Part shown: positions 51,916-63,894 of the stretch, piece after piece
Numbering within the stretch: the stretch's first letter is position 1
How the letters are laid out: every line of letters starts with the position of its first letter
Assembly: GCA_013265495.1 (NCBI GenBank)
Contig: MU058451.1
Span: 1,774,167-1,838,166 of the forward strand
Reading direction: 5' to 3'
DNA: 64,000 nucleotides
Source of the DNA: Vicugna vicugna
Taxonomy: Eukaryota
Notes under the pieces: model-generated
Seen by the model: only the letters and a program-made list of their open reading frames with translations
Told to the model about the DNA's origin: nothing
Database searches by the model: none
Translations under genes and position numbers: made by a program

Positions 51916-52853
51916 TTCCATAAGTCAAGTCAAATCTCTTGATCTCTCAGAGAAGTTTTTGTTGTGACAGTTCAAATTAGAGAAGATCAGGTCTTAATTT
52001 CAGTTCAAAGCAAGCAAGGTGGCCAAAGGAGAAGAAAGAGCAAGGGTTCACAAAAGTCAGGTGCTGATCCGTTTCTGACACTGACAAACTCTGACATGCC
52101 TTAAGGCTGAATCGCTATCTTCCAGTCTTGAAATGTCTGCCTCCCAAAATCATCCCCCTTACAGGAGGGCGTCGTGAGCAGTACTGGGTTAGAAGGGGAA
52201 GGAATGGTTGGTGCTCTTACCTGGAAGCTGCCTTTGCTGAGTAAGCGCACGGGTCTTTTGAAAGTGCCATTCTTGCTCGGGTGGCTTGACGTGGTTGATA
52301 GTGATTCTAGAGCCAAAGCCTCCCTGCCACCATCTCTAGGTGATGGACGTGTGTGAGGCCTTCGACTCAGTCTGTGCCAACAATAACCAGAGGTAGGTGA
52401 AGATGAAAAAGTCTACTGCACAGTGTGGTCTGGAATAACCCAGTGTTTGTTAGCCTTACTGGATTAAACTAGGCTGCAAAGAATAGCCCTACCCCTACAC
52501 TAAATGAACTCTGTATTTCATACTGGCCCGTATCGAGAGAGTTAATCTGTTTTTGCTGGGCGAGTTGTACTAAGGGATTTCACAGCTTAGTTCATTGCTT
52601 TTGTAAACAACGTTTTTCCTCCTCCTTCTGAATAGATCTTTCTGTAGGGAAATTAGAGCTATCAGTCCACCCAGAGGGATGTAATCACGTCACTCTTTTC
52701 CATCAGATGATCCTATTAGCTGATCGTAAGCATGTGTGTGGGCTGGGAGACGGGAGGAAGCAGAGAAGGACCTAGAAGGCAGAAATGTGTGCGGTGTTGC
52801 TCATGCTGCTGACAGCAAAGATGTGCCCCAGTGCTCCTGGTTGAGCTCAGAGA

Positions 52854-52892
52854 CACACTCTCTCTCTCTCTGTCTCTCTCCCTCCCTTTCTC
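52854..52892. repeat. (CT)n-rich pyrimidine tract
   Basis: ctctctctctctctgtctctctccctccctttctc. Confidence 0.8.
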
Positions 52893-54932
52893 TTACTGTC
52901 CTTTCAAAGTAGCTAAATCTTGAAAGTCTTGGAAGACCTCAAGTTCCTCTTCTCTCATCTCCTTCATGTATAAGTGTCATTTAACAGTTGAGTTGCACTG
53001 TTATGCATTTGACGAAAAGACTATTAAACCTACAGGTCACCAAGGACTTGCCATCAACCTTGTATGAAAACAGTGAGGAACAAAAGTAGAGTAGGGGCTG
53101 CAAAGCCAACTGGACACCAGATTTGAAGGTACTTGAGGGGAATATTAAAAAGAAGAAGGAGGAGGAGAAAACCAGCTGTGGAGTGAGGAGTAAACAGAAG
53201 TAAAAACTTGAAGGACTGTGGGTGGGTGCTTCCTTGTTTCTCCTCTTACCAACCCTGAGACTCGGGCCTTTGTGTTCTCATCTGCAAAATGGGATAATCA
53301 TAATGCCAATGTCATATAGTTGTGAAGACTGAGTGAAAAAATAATGGAAAGCAATTGGCACAGATTATCACCTGTGTTCATTTGCTATTGTTAGAATCAT
53401 TACTCTTTTCCTCACAGTAGTAATTAGAGATTCTGTGAGGGATCATTTAAGATCCTATGAGCTTTGAAATGTGTCAGAACCTGTTCTGTCATCTCGTCTT
53501 TTTTTTACCCCCTTCCATTTTTATCTTTCACTTTACGCTAAAACTAGAGTAAACACCCCAAGGTTTTCCCCGGTAAGTATATGGAAACTTGCAAAGTATT
53601 GATAAACCGTGGTGAAATTAAGCCTTTTTGCTCTTTAATCCCTAGAAGCTATTTCTACCCAGGGCTCTGGCCACCAAGTTTCACAATTGTTTGGTCTAAT
53701 TGTTTGGTCTCTCTCCAAAATAACCACGTCACAATCTCTTTCACAGCCCCAGAAAATCCTTTTGTAGAAGCTGAGTTCTTCTCTTAATAACTGCTTCTAA
53801 TGATTCCATTTGCTTGTATAAGGCAAACACCTATATTTTTAACTCAGCCTTAAAATCTTAACTACTGTCTAATTTCTGCCTCTTAAATTAAAAAAAAAAC
53901 GAACTACAACGCAGCAATGCCCCCTAACTCCTGTGAAATTCAATTTCAATCAATTCATAGCTTTTTATAGCTTCTAGAAGAAACTCAGAAACCTTTCGAT
54001 GCCATTTCCTTCATCTTACAATTGAAGGAGTGATATCGGAGAGTTTGGAACCTGCTCAGACACACGGTTATTCTGAAAGAGCCTGGAACTTCTACTCCGT
54101 TGTACCATTTCCCATCCCCAAATGGAAAAACTCCAAATAAAAACACCCTTCATGCCTTTAGAGGATGAATGCCCAAAGAAAGCATTTCCAGGGCCAACTT
54201 TAGACGGTATTAAATTCATTACCCAACTTATGTAGATCATTTTGTCTTCTTTGAATTCTCGTTATTGGCTGCAGACAGTCCCAGTGTGCACAAATTATCA
54301 CCTGGATCTCTCCTTCTTTCTACCTACAGTGGTGGCCCAGGCTGGAAATGGGAATCAGTCGTTAAACTTTTAGGTACTTTTATGTTTAACAAATTCATCA
54401 TGATACAAAGGAAGCCAGGATTTTCGGGTCCGTGATCTTTGAGGCTGATGAACATGACCTTCCCCAGCTCGGTCTTTGTTGTAGAAGAGCCACACGACTC
54501 CTGATTCTGATCCCAGATGACTGTAAGCTTGCTCCACCATCCATCGTGGAAGCTCAGAAATAGAATGAACAGGCCCCAGATCTCTTGATTGAACGTCCAC
54601 CAGTTATGTCACTGGTTACCTGTTTCTCAACCTTCAGGCAGAACATTCCCAGCTCTCGTGTGTTTATTTCAAAACCTCCTTACTGTTTCACATTTTCTTC
54701 CGGTGGTTAGAGATTTCTCCACCTCCCGCTGCGGTGGCTGCCTTATGCTATTATTTGACAAACAGAGCCTCTTTCCTCTGGCCTCTCCTCTGCCTCTCAC
54801 CCAGATATTTTGCTCCACGACTCTCCCTGGGGGAGAAGGCTCGTTCCTCCCTAGGGTTGTGCAAGGAAGCCAAGGGAAGTCTGTGCTTTCACCTGAGTTT
54901 GCTCCTCAGGCTTCATGATCACCGAGTGGAGC

Positions 54933-55230
54933 AGTGTTTTAGAATCCTGGCCGTCTTCTGGAATCACTGAGGGAGCATTGGAAATGAAACTTACTGTGGT
55001 AGCCACTTCACAGTATATGTAAGTCTAGTCATTATACTGTTCACCTTAAATGTACACGGCACTGTATGTCAATTATATGATGATAAAATTGAAAGGAAGG
55101 AAAAAGGTAGGAACCAGGGCCACCCTGGAGACCACTTGAAACATAATTTCCGGGGGGAGGTCCTGGCATAGGTCTGCTTTTAAGCTTCCCAAGTTAACCT
55201 AGTATGCAGCCAGGGTTCAGAACTTTTCAG
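54933..55230. mobile_element. MER5A-like element interrupted by a short L1 3' end (~54988-55107, + strand)
   Basis: cagtgtttt...gaatcactgagggagc | ttactgtggtagccacttcacagtatatgt...tgtatgtcaattata | ...tttaagcttcccaagtt...tatgcagccagggttcagaac. Confidence 0.65.
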
Positions 55231-56999
55231 TGAGTTTTCCTTTAACAGAGAATAAAACTAAACATAGAAATAAGGACTGAACCCCTGAAAGGTTAGACAG
55301 ATCCACAGTGTCAAGTAAAGGAGAGCTAATGGCAGAGAAGGCAGGGCTGGGCCTGATGAGAAGACATTATGGATTTTTTTAAATACTTTTTTCAAGAGCA
55401 GTTGATCAAATGCATCACTGCATGTGTCTGGAGCTGTAGCCTCAGGGTGGTGGGGCCATGGCCCTGACCCATGATAAAGGGGCTTTTTGACCCTTTTAAG
55501 CAAGACATGGAGGAATAGAGTAGTATGTGCTTTGTTCAGTGAATGGTGATCATTAACTCTCATTCTGGGTTTTACTTGCTGTGTGATACTGACTGTTCAT
55601 TGTACATCAGTTTCCTGCAACACAGTGACTTCTCCAGTAATGGGAACATGTCTGTCTCCAGCGCTAGACACACAACAGGAGCTAAAGATGTGCTTGTGGA
55701 GCAAACAAATAAGGGAAGAATGAGTAGATGAACAACAAAATTGTACCTCTGGGGCAGTCCGCCATCTTGCTGGGTTTTGTTATGGTTGTCAGTGATCTGG
55801 CATCAGGGCATGAAGTAACCCAAGTCATGGAAATGAAGTAACCCAAGTCCTGCCTTATCAAGTCCTTTAGAAAAATCACATCCTGCCCTTTCGGAACATG
55901 CTCTCAACGGGTATCTGTAGTAGCACTCAATCCAGTGTGCTGGGAACACGAATGCTGAGGTCTAGGAATTTAAAAAAAAAGAAAAACTTCATTAAAAATT
56001 TCATTTTTAAGCTCTATAAAATCAGATGCTAGATGAAAAAGTATAAGAAAGCCCATATAACAACTCATGATAAAAAAACCATTAGGAAGAAGGAATTTAA
56101 TGACAGTGTATAAACTGTCGGTGCTACATTATCATTGATTTCAATGCGGACCAACTGGCTTCGTGATTTTGGTGAAAAACTTTATCTTCTAAACCTAAGG
56201 TTTTTTAAATGATGCTATTATAAGCTAGTCAGTTAATTCTATTTTAAATTACCAATGATGCAAGACCAGGCTTAAGAAAAGGTATAAAAGTGAAAGAAGC
56301 TTGTCTTAACTGCCCTCCTCAGCCATAGCCTCAGAAACTTACACAGTGATGCTTATTCTATGCATGTTCATATATTGGAAAAGGAGGCAGAGGGGGAAAA
56401 GGGGGAGGAGATTGGTAAATAGACAGTGAGAATTAAAAGAATTGTTCTAAATGAAAGCAAAAGTGCAGGAGATCAAGCAATAGCTAGCTTGTATAATTAT
56501 TAATTATGCCATTGATTAAACTGCCTGAATTCCCCCTTTACAATCAAACAAAATTTTCTTACTTAATTAAATTTTTGATACATCGAAGTACCATCATATG
56601 CTTTCATTTGGGGATGATTATTTTGATGGTAACAGTTCTACTGGTGATAACAGACCTAACTGCACCCTACTACTAGATGCATCCATTTTTTTCATATCCC
56701 TTAAAGCACCTTCCAGGGACTTACTTTCCTGTAACTACCCAGGTAGGTTAAATCAAGCCCATGTAGTTAATTCTTCACTGTCTGCTCGAGAGAGAGAGAG
56801 AGATGCATTATGTCCTTCTGTGTCAGGAAAATAAATGGACATTCTGGATGTCCTGGACTAGACCTTCTTTCCCCACTTGGATACTCTCATTACTACTGCC
56901 TCCAGGCCTCTTAACCTCTGTTTTTATATCATGTTAAATTAGAAACTAATGAAATTGGGTATTGTGAGCTCTCCTCGAGCCATGTGAATACTGAAAGAG

Positions 57000-57240
57000 C
57001 ATGATGGCTAGCGTGCGCCAGAACTTGGTGATCAGGCCGCCTGGACTTGAATCTTGACACTGCTTCTCAGTGGCAGTATGCCTCTGGAGAGGCTACTTAA
57101 CTAAGACTCAGTTTTCTCGTCTGTAAAATGAGCACCATCAGACCTCACAGGCTAGTCACAAAGATGAATAAAATAATGTCTTGTAAAACACTTAACACCG
57201 TGCCTGGGACCAGTGAAGAGCTGGCTGGGTCTTAAGTACT
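57000..57240 (+). mobile_element. MIR SINE
   Basis: ctcagttttctcgtctgtaaaatg, gtaaaacacttaacaccgtgcctgg. Confidence 0.75.
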
Positions 57241-57440
57241 AAATATAATATTTAGCCAGATATTTCATGGGAAGTTGTGCCAGGGACCTCCATAAGCCAG
57301 AAACACTTATTCACTGAGTTGTCAACTACTTATTAATCATAAATACTCTGAACACAGGGCTACATTAAGCCCAGGATTTGAATGAACCTTGAAGTTTAAT
57401 TAAGGAGGATTTAGTTAAGTAAGTAGAAAGGAAGAATAAT

Positions 57441-57749
57441 CTGTGCTGTCCATTATCATAGCCTCTAGTTACATGTAGCTACTGAGTACTTGAAATGTGG
57501 CTCGTCTAAACTGAGATGTGCTCTAAGTGTAGAAGACACACCTGATTTTAGAAACTTTGTCCAGAAAAAGAAAATGTAACCACATTCACTTATATTGATT
57601 ATATGTTGAACTGATAATATTTTGGATATATTGTGTTAAATGAAATGTAATGAACTTCACCTATTTCTTTATACCTTTGAAAAGCATGACTGTTAGAAAA
57701 CTTAAAATTACATATATGGCTCACAGTCTATTTCTAGCAGACAACACTA
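57441..57749. mobile_element. MER33-like hAT-Charlie element
   Basis: ctgtgctgtcca...ctactgagtacttgaaatgtggct...aactgagatgtgct...aaaattacatatatggctcaca...tatttcta. Confidence 0.85.
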
Positions 57750-60700
57750 TTCTAGATGGTGCAGCTCATCATTAAAAAGAAAACAGTGGAATGGGCATGA
57801 CTCAAAAAACTTCTATTGATACACACGAGAAAGGCACCCACAGTACCTTATCTAACCTGGTTCATAACACCTGGGGGCTTTGAGGTCACCTGCATCTTTT
57901 ACATACTAAGTGCAGTTGAGGGAGTTACAACTATGGCTCTCATCATCTAAAAACCCACCTAAGCATTAGAGGAATTTTCCTAAACACTTTTGAGAACTTC
58001 ACAGCACCCTGTTTGTCTTCTGCAAAATCAGATATCAAAAAAGCAAAATGAAGGTAACAGCTCACTGCTTGTTCTGTGATCTTTGGATCCTCTCTGTTCA
58101 GAGAACTTTTTTTTTATTTTTTTATTAGTTTGTGTAGTATTTTGGCCAATAGAATCAAGACATATTTTGGAGTGCTTTGTTGAAAAAATATAAGATGTAA
58201 AATAAGTCTGAATATAGAGAACTTGAAATCAGGAGAAAAAAGGCACATTTTAAAGCTTTTAGCCTTGTCAAGAAATAGCTATTTTGACTTTCGGATAGAT
58301 AGCTTTTGAGCCTGCCAAGAAAAGGAAACAAAATTTCAGCTAGCCTACCAGAACTTGATTTTCTTTTTTTCCCCATGTGCCAAATTTGAAGTGGCTGTTC
58401 TATCTTCTAGTGCAGGAGCACGCTTTCACTGCTTCCAGAAACATCCAGGGACCCTTTGCATGCATAGCCAATAAACACAGAGCATCTTGAACCTTTAGCT
58501 TTTTGAAATAAATAAGGGAAGGGTGGAAGTAAGGATAGAAAGAAAAACAGAATCTTCATGGAGATTCTTCTGCTTGGCAGCAGCATCATGTTTAATTGAG
58601 GAGGAGTGTGATCAGCTAGAACTCTCTGGAAGTTAATTTCAGGTACGGAGCAAAAAGCTCCTTGGTCATCCCAGGACAGTGAGAGTATGGCACACCTTAG
58701 ACCCTGCATTACTGCCTAGTCTAGACTGAGACCCTTCAGTGTTTATCTTGAGGTTTCTTTCCAACCATTCTGTGTGTCCCGCTCACATCACCCGCAGGGA
58801 GGAAGATCTCTCCGCAGTGTGGGGCATGGCCATTCACTTTGCCGGGATGTGTTTGTCTGCCTTTCGGTGAGAATGTGGTGCACGTTTTTGAGGCTGACTC
58901 CTCTTTTCCTTCTGAATTTGTATCAGTTTTGATCACTGCTATGTCCTCCCTTCTGGCAACTACTCTTTCATGCCATGAATCCCTAATGGAAAATATAGGG
59001 ACTCTAGACACTTCCCATACAGAACTGATTTTTGAAGACCGGTGGACATCTGCATGAGCAAAGGAAACTTCGTCTGTTGGACAAATTTCTCTTTGCTCTG
59101 AGTGGAGGCCTATAGAGAAAACTTGCAGGAAGGAAATTTAAACAAACTTTTCTCTCATGTTCCCAGCAATTTGAAATTGGCTGAATTGGGACAACCCAAA
59201 ATAACCTTTGTTTGTCTGTAGGTTATATTGCTTTGAACATCTGGGGAAAGAATGGCCCTTCATTCATTGAAACGTATGCAGTGAATAAATAGTGATAACA
59301 TTATGATCAGCAACCTAAATTTATGTGTAAAATGCCATGTTCTTTCAAAGTGGATTTTGTGTTGTACATGAACCAGTTGTTTTCATACCCCAAAAACAAT
59401 CATTCATACCAGAAATTTAATTACCTGTGTGTACCATAACTGTGCCAACCACATTAAACCCTGGTTTTTTAAAATCACACACCCCTTTCTCTTCAGCCAA
59501 ATGCTATCTGGAAATGAAATGTTTTTTTGTTTTGTTTTATTTTGTTTTGCAGTGAATTATACTGCTTGATGATATTTTCTGATTTCTTGCCAGATTTCTA
59601 TCTATACCATTTAGTCAGTTTGGCCAGTCCTGATGGTACAGGTTGGAATCTTTATAACAAAAGGAAAGGAAGCAAGAGATGAAAAGGTGTTTGACTGGCA
59701 GTGTAATATGTTGGTGCCACACACTGGACCCTGAAAATAATAATACCATTGCTCCTACAGCATTAGGACAAGCTTTGCACAATTGGAGGCTGCCATATTA
59801 GAAACCACACGTTTGTCTAAAGAACACACACGTAGCCTTTGACTAGAATGTCACTAGCAGTACTCTGGATTTAAAGCAGAGTCATCACTATCTGTTAAAT
59901 GTGTGTCAAGCATTTGTGTGGGTCTCTGACTGTATTAGCAAACAATCCTATCAAGATTTGTTGAGTGTTTTCCCCATGCCAGGCACTCACGGATCTGTTC
60001 ATTTCCATTCTCTCAAGGAGTCCTTGGCAGAAACCTGTGAGCTTCTTTCTCTTGCTCTACAAATAAAGAAACAGATATCTAGAGGAATTAAACAGCTTGA
60101 TCAAAAGAAATGAAAGTCAAGACTGAAATCCAAGTCAGCCGCCCCCAAGTCTAGCAATAGACTTGTTGCTCCACCAGTAGGTCTGGAGCCTGTGCTGAAG
60201 GGATTGCGATAGGAATGCCCCAGATTGCAGTAGAGAAAAGGAAATGGTGCCAGCATTTCCTCTATACTCATCTTATTAGAAATTAGAGACGTTGTATTTG
60301 TGATCTTTGCAGAATATAATTGAGTCACGGCACCAGGATGAGATCCATTGCTGATGAGCACTTGGAAGAGCCTAATCGGTACCACACCTGTATTGACTGA
60401 GTCTCACGTGCAGTGATGCAGAATCCTGGCGCTCATCTCCCACCTCAGAACCACGTCTTGTGGAGGCAGGGATTCACCCCCAGCACTTAACGATTCACGT
60501 GCGGGGTACATATGCCAGATCTCTGCCGTGTACCACTTTACCAGTGCCTTGTCATAGATTATATGTCCTGTGGTTGGGATATGCCCCATCCGAAGGAGCC
60601 CCAAGCTGCTCCTGGACTCTTCATATGAGCAGCTGCAAGATGGCAGTAGTACATTTTATGCTTTCAAAGGCATCATTATATATAAATATATAATGTATCT

Positions 60701-61944
60701 CACAACATCAATTCTGTCTTCACGAAGCCTAGTAACACAGCTGCCGTCTTCCTCCACTGCTGAAGGCAGCCCCAGAGAAAGTATTATATATAGTTCACTT
60801 TGATTCACTTGGCTCAGCTCGTAGTGATATCAGAGCTTCTGGGCTGTTATTTCAGAGGAGCTTATGGGTGGCCGTGTTCAGCTGGCACTTCAGATGGGAC
60901 ACGGGACAGCTCTGTCAGCTAAACTGCCTGGTGATCTCTAAATGGAACCAAATTATGTCCCGATGCTTCCACTTGCCAGCCCTAAGCACTCATGAATTGA
61001 ACCACACCTACTTGAAGCTGAAACTCCAAGTGGAAATAGCAACAGTTCTCCTGCCTTTATCAGTTTTAGATACTGATCCATCAATGATGTCACCTTGATT
61101 AATAGATGACAGAGGGCCTTGAGGAGACTTTGCAACTATTGTCATTGATATTCAATACGTATCCTGTTCTACAAATTGGTATGTTAGGCCACCAGCCTCT
61201 GAAATGTCAACTATTGTCATCTTTTTCTCTTCTTTAGCTTTTTCATTAATGTTAACAGCAGAATTTATCCCCTTCATTTGAAAGCAGATGAAAGATTTAT
61301 CAGGTTGAATTAGGGAGTGTTTTTTGAGATGTGAATTATATTTGTACTATTTTTCTAGGTATATATAAATTTAATATAACCTGATATAGATCTATCAGAA
61401 ATGTTTGTATGTTAAAATTACACAATATATTCAAATATATATGTCAAATACATTATACATTAATATTGCTATTTGAATAACATTGTCTTTTTTCTGCATT
61501 TTTGGTTGTTATTTAGTGCTTAATGTTTAATAATGCAGATATTATAAGAAGTATAATTAAGAGATATATATTTTCCCCAAAGTCTTAATTTCTTATGAGG
61601 AAATACTGTGATAGTATTCCAGCATCTCTTTGTTTGCATGACGAAAGTCAGAAATAAATACTATTTAGACAGAGGTTATACTTCCCAAAAAAATTAGGTT
61701 AAAAAGTAATTTTTGAGCTCTCCAATTGGCACTCTTATCTTTTTTGTTTATTACACATTCTCCAGTGAACCTGATTAAGAATCAGGCAAGATTCCCCCAC
61801 TTTGGCACCTCCAGTGAAGAGCCAAACAGCAAGTCCAACTGAGTTCTACATTTTAATTAGTAATCCTTTTATTTTTTACACTTGAGAGTGGTCATAATAA
61901 AGGCTGGCATTAATAAACTTAGGTTCTACCTTAAAAAAAAAGTA

Positions 61945-62878
61945 ATTCGGTATTCAGCCTTAAAAGGAGGAAATTCAGATACATGCTGCACCACAGATGG
62001 ACCTCAAGGACATTATGCTAAATGAAACAAGACACACAACAAAAGGACAAATATATGATTCCATTTCACTCATATGAGGTCCCTTGAGTAGGCAAATTCA
62101 TGACGACAAAGTAGAATGGTGGTTTCTGTCGGGGAGGAAGAAATTTCCCTCTACCCTTCTAGCTCTTCTGGCTGGTCTGAGAATTAAATTGACAGGAGAC
62201 AGATTAACAGGAGAAAGTCAAACAAAAGTTTAATAACATGTAAACATGGGAGAGACTCAGAAAAACTGAGTAACTCCCCAGAATGGCTGAAGCCTTCACC
62301 TTGAGTGTCATCTTCAGCTAAAGACAAAAGAGGATGTTTCGGATAGTGGCTTGGGACATCAAAAAGGAGGAAGGCCATTCACATGAAGATGAAAAAGCAA
62401 ATGTTTGGTGAACCAATGTTTGCTGGGCTGTGCAGAGACAATGGGAAACAGAGCAGACTGCGATCTCCAGGTCCTGCCTAGAGTTTTCGCCTCACACCTT
62501 GCCCACATTCTTGTAGATTTCTTTAGTGATAGCTCTTTTCTTGGAATAGGCTGTTTATCTAAAACTTCCTGATTCTTTTCTGTTTCTTAATAACAATCAG
62601 GCTAAATTAATCCTCTTAACTAAGAGACACATTTTGGGGTGGCACATTTTGCTCCCTTATATCATCAAGGACTGGCAGGGGTGGGAGGGGAATGGAAGTT
62701 GGTGTTTAATGGGTGTGGAGTTTCAGTTTGGAGTGTTGACAAAGCTCTAGAAATGGATGGTGGTGATGGCTACACAACAGTGTGAATGTACTTAATGCCG
62801 CTGAATTGTACACATAAAAATGGTTAAAGTAGTAAATTTTATGTTATGTGTGTTGCACCACAATAAAAAAAAAAAAGT
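61945..62878 (+). mobile_element. L1MB-like 3' end split by an ERV1 LTR
   Basis: tattcagccttaaaaggaggaaatt...gacattatgctaaatgaaa...agtagaatggtggtt | LTR | ...tctagaaatggatggtggtgatggct...gtgaatgtacttaatgcc plus poly-A. Confidence 0.85.
62127..62661 (-). mobile_element. ERV1-class solo LTR (MER34/MER39-like)
   Basis: tgtcggggaggaagaaatttccctctacc...aattgacaggagacagattaacaggagaaa...aagagacacattttggggtggcacattttgctccc. Confidence 0.75.
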
Positions 62879-63726
62879 CATCCTGGCCTGGTTTTCCTGT
62901 AACTAGAGAGTGTGATTCCCCAAGTCTTGAAGGAGTTGCAGACAAAGGCGGGGAATTTAAAGAGGGGACTCAGTGCTCATTTAATAATCTATGGGTTTGT
63001 GGGATCTATCTTCCCTAACTTTGTAAAAGTTAGTGCAAGAGTTGGGAAAATGGCACCTTCTGTTTACCACAGCCCTCAACAATTCTTGATAGAGATTCTG
63101 CGATTCTGAGAAAGATCACAAGGACACAAAATCATAACACATTTTTAGAAGAAAGCATTTGTTACCAGAATTTTCTAGGAAAAGTTATAGTGATTTTATT
63201 TGCTTGGCTGAAGTCCCAAAAGAAAAGGAAGTTGAGGAGCCTCGAGATCACTCAGTAAATACAAGGAAAAGCTAAAAATGGACCCAAGGATTCCCCAGTT
63301 CACCCTGCTTCTCAGTAAACACGCCTGAGTCCTTCTCTGCAGCAGCGAGGCTGTCAGGACACGTGAGAGGCTAGAAGCGTGAAGAGAACCTTCCACATCT
63401 TAAAATAAAAACCTCTGGTGGCAAAGCACTCTCTGTTACGCACTCTGACTCTGCTCCCCAGCCCGGCATTATCTCCTGATGGAGAGGAACTTGAGGAAAC
63501 AACTTTCCTTCTTCTATTAGTCATGTGGCCATTTCTATTTGAATTCCTCCTCCTTGAATTCTTAATTGTTTGGGCCCCTTTTAATTCAATTTTTTTCTCT
63601 TTTTCAAAAAGTGCCTCTATTAAGTTTGATAGGACTTTTTCAGTGTCACAGAAATTAATGGAAATTTTAAAATGCATTCAATATCAACAAACAGATTAGT
63701 CTTCAGTTTGCTTTAAACAGCACATG

Positions 63727-63817
63727 CGAAAGGTTTACTGCAGGGCCAAGTAAAGAGATCGGGTGGCTCGTGCTCAAGAGACCGGAACTCCACAATGGTT
63801 TTCAGGGAAAGGTTCTT
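63727..63817 (-). mobile_element. Probable ERV LTR fragment
   Basis: gaaaggtttactgcagggccaag...ggtggctcgtgctcaagagaccggaactcc...ggttttcagggaaagg resembles a laurasiatherian LTR read antisense (recall only). Confidence 0.4.
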
Positions 63818-63894
63818 TGGATACTTACCAAAGATATATTCAGTGACAATTCGGTGAAGTTGCATATTTTAATGAAAAAGTAAAGGCTTGGTGC

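Noticed and set aside
59222..59273. Plus-strand mini-exon (ctgtag|GTTATATTG...GAAAC|gtatgc)
   Set aside because: Weak donor and unrecognised peptide; such site pairs are common in introns
63354..63699. Antiparallel 107-aa and 93-aa ORFs
   Set aside because: Low-complexity, strand-composition-driven peptides with no recognisable domain or flanking splice pair
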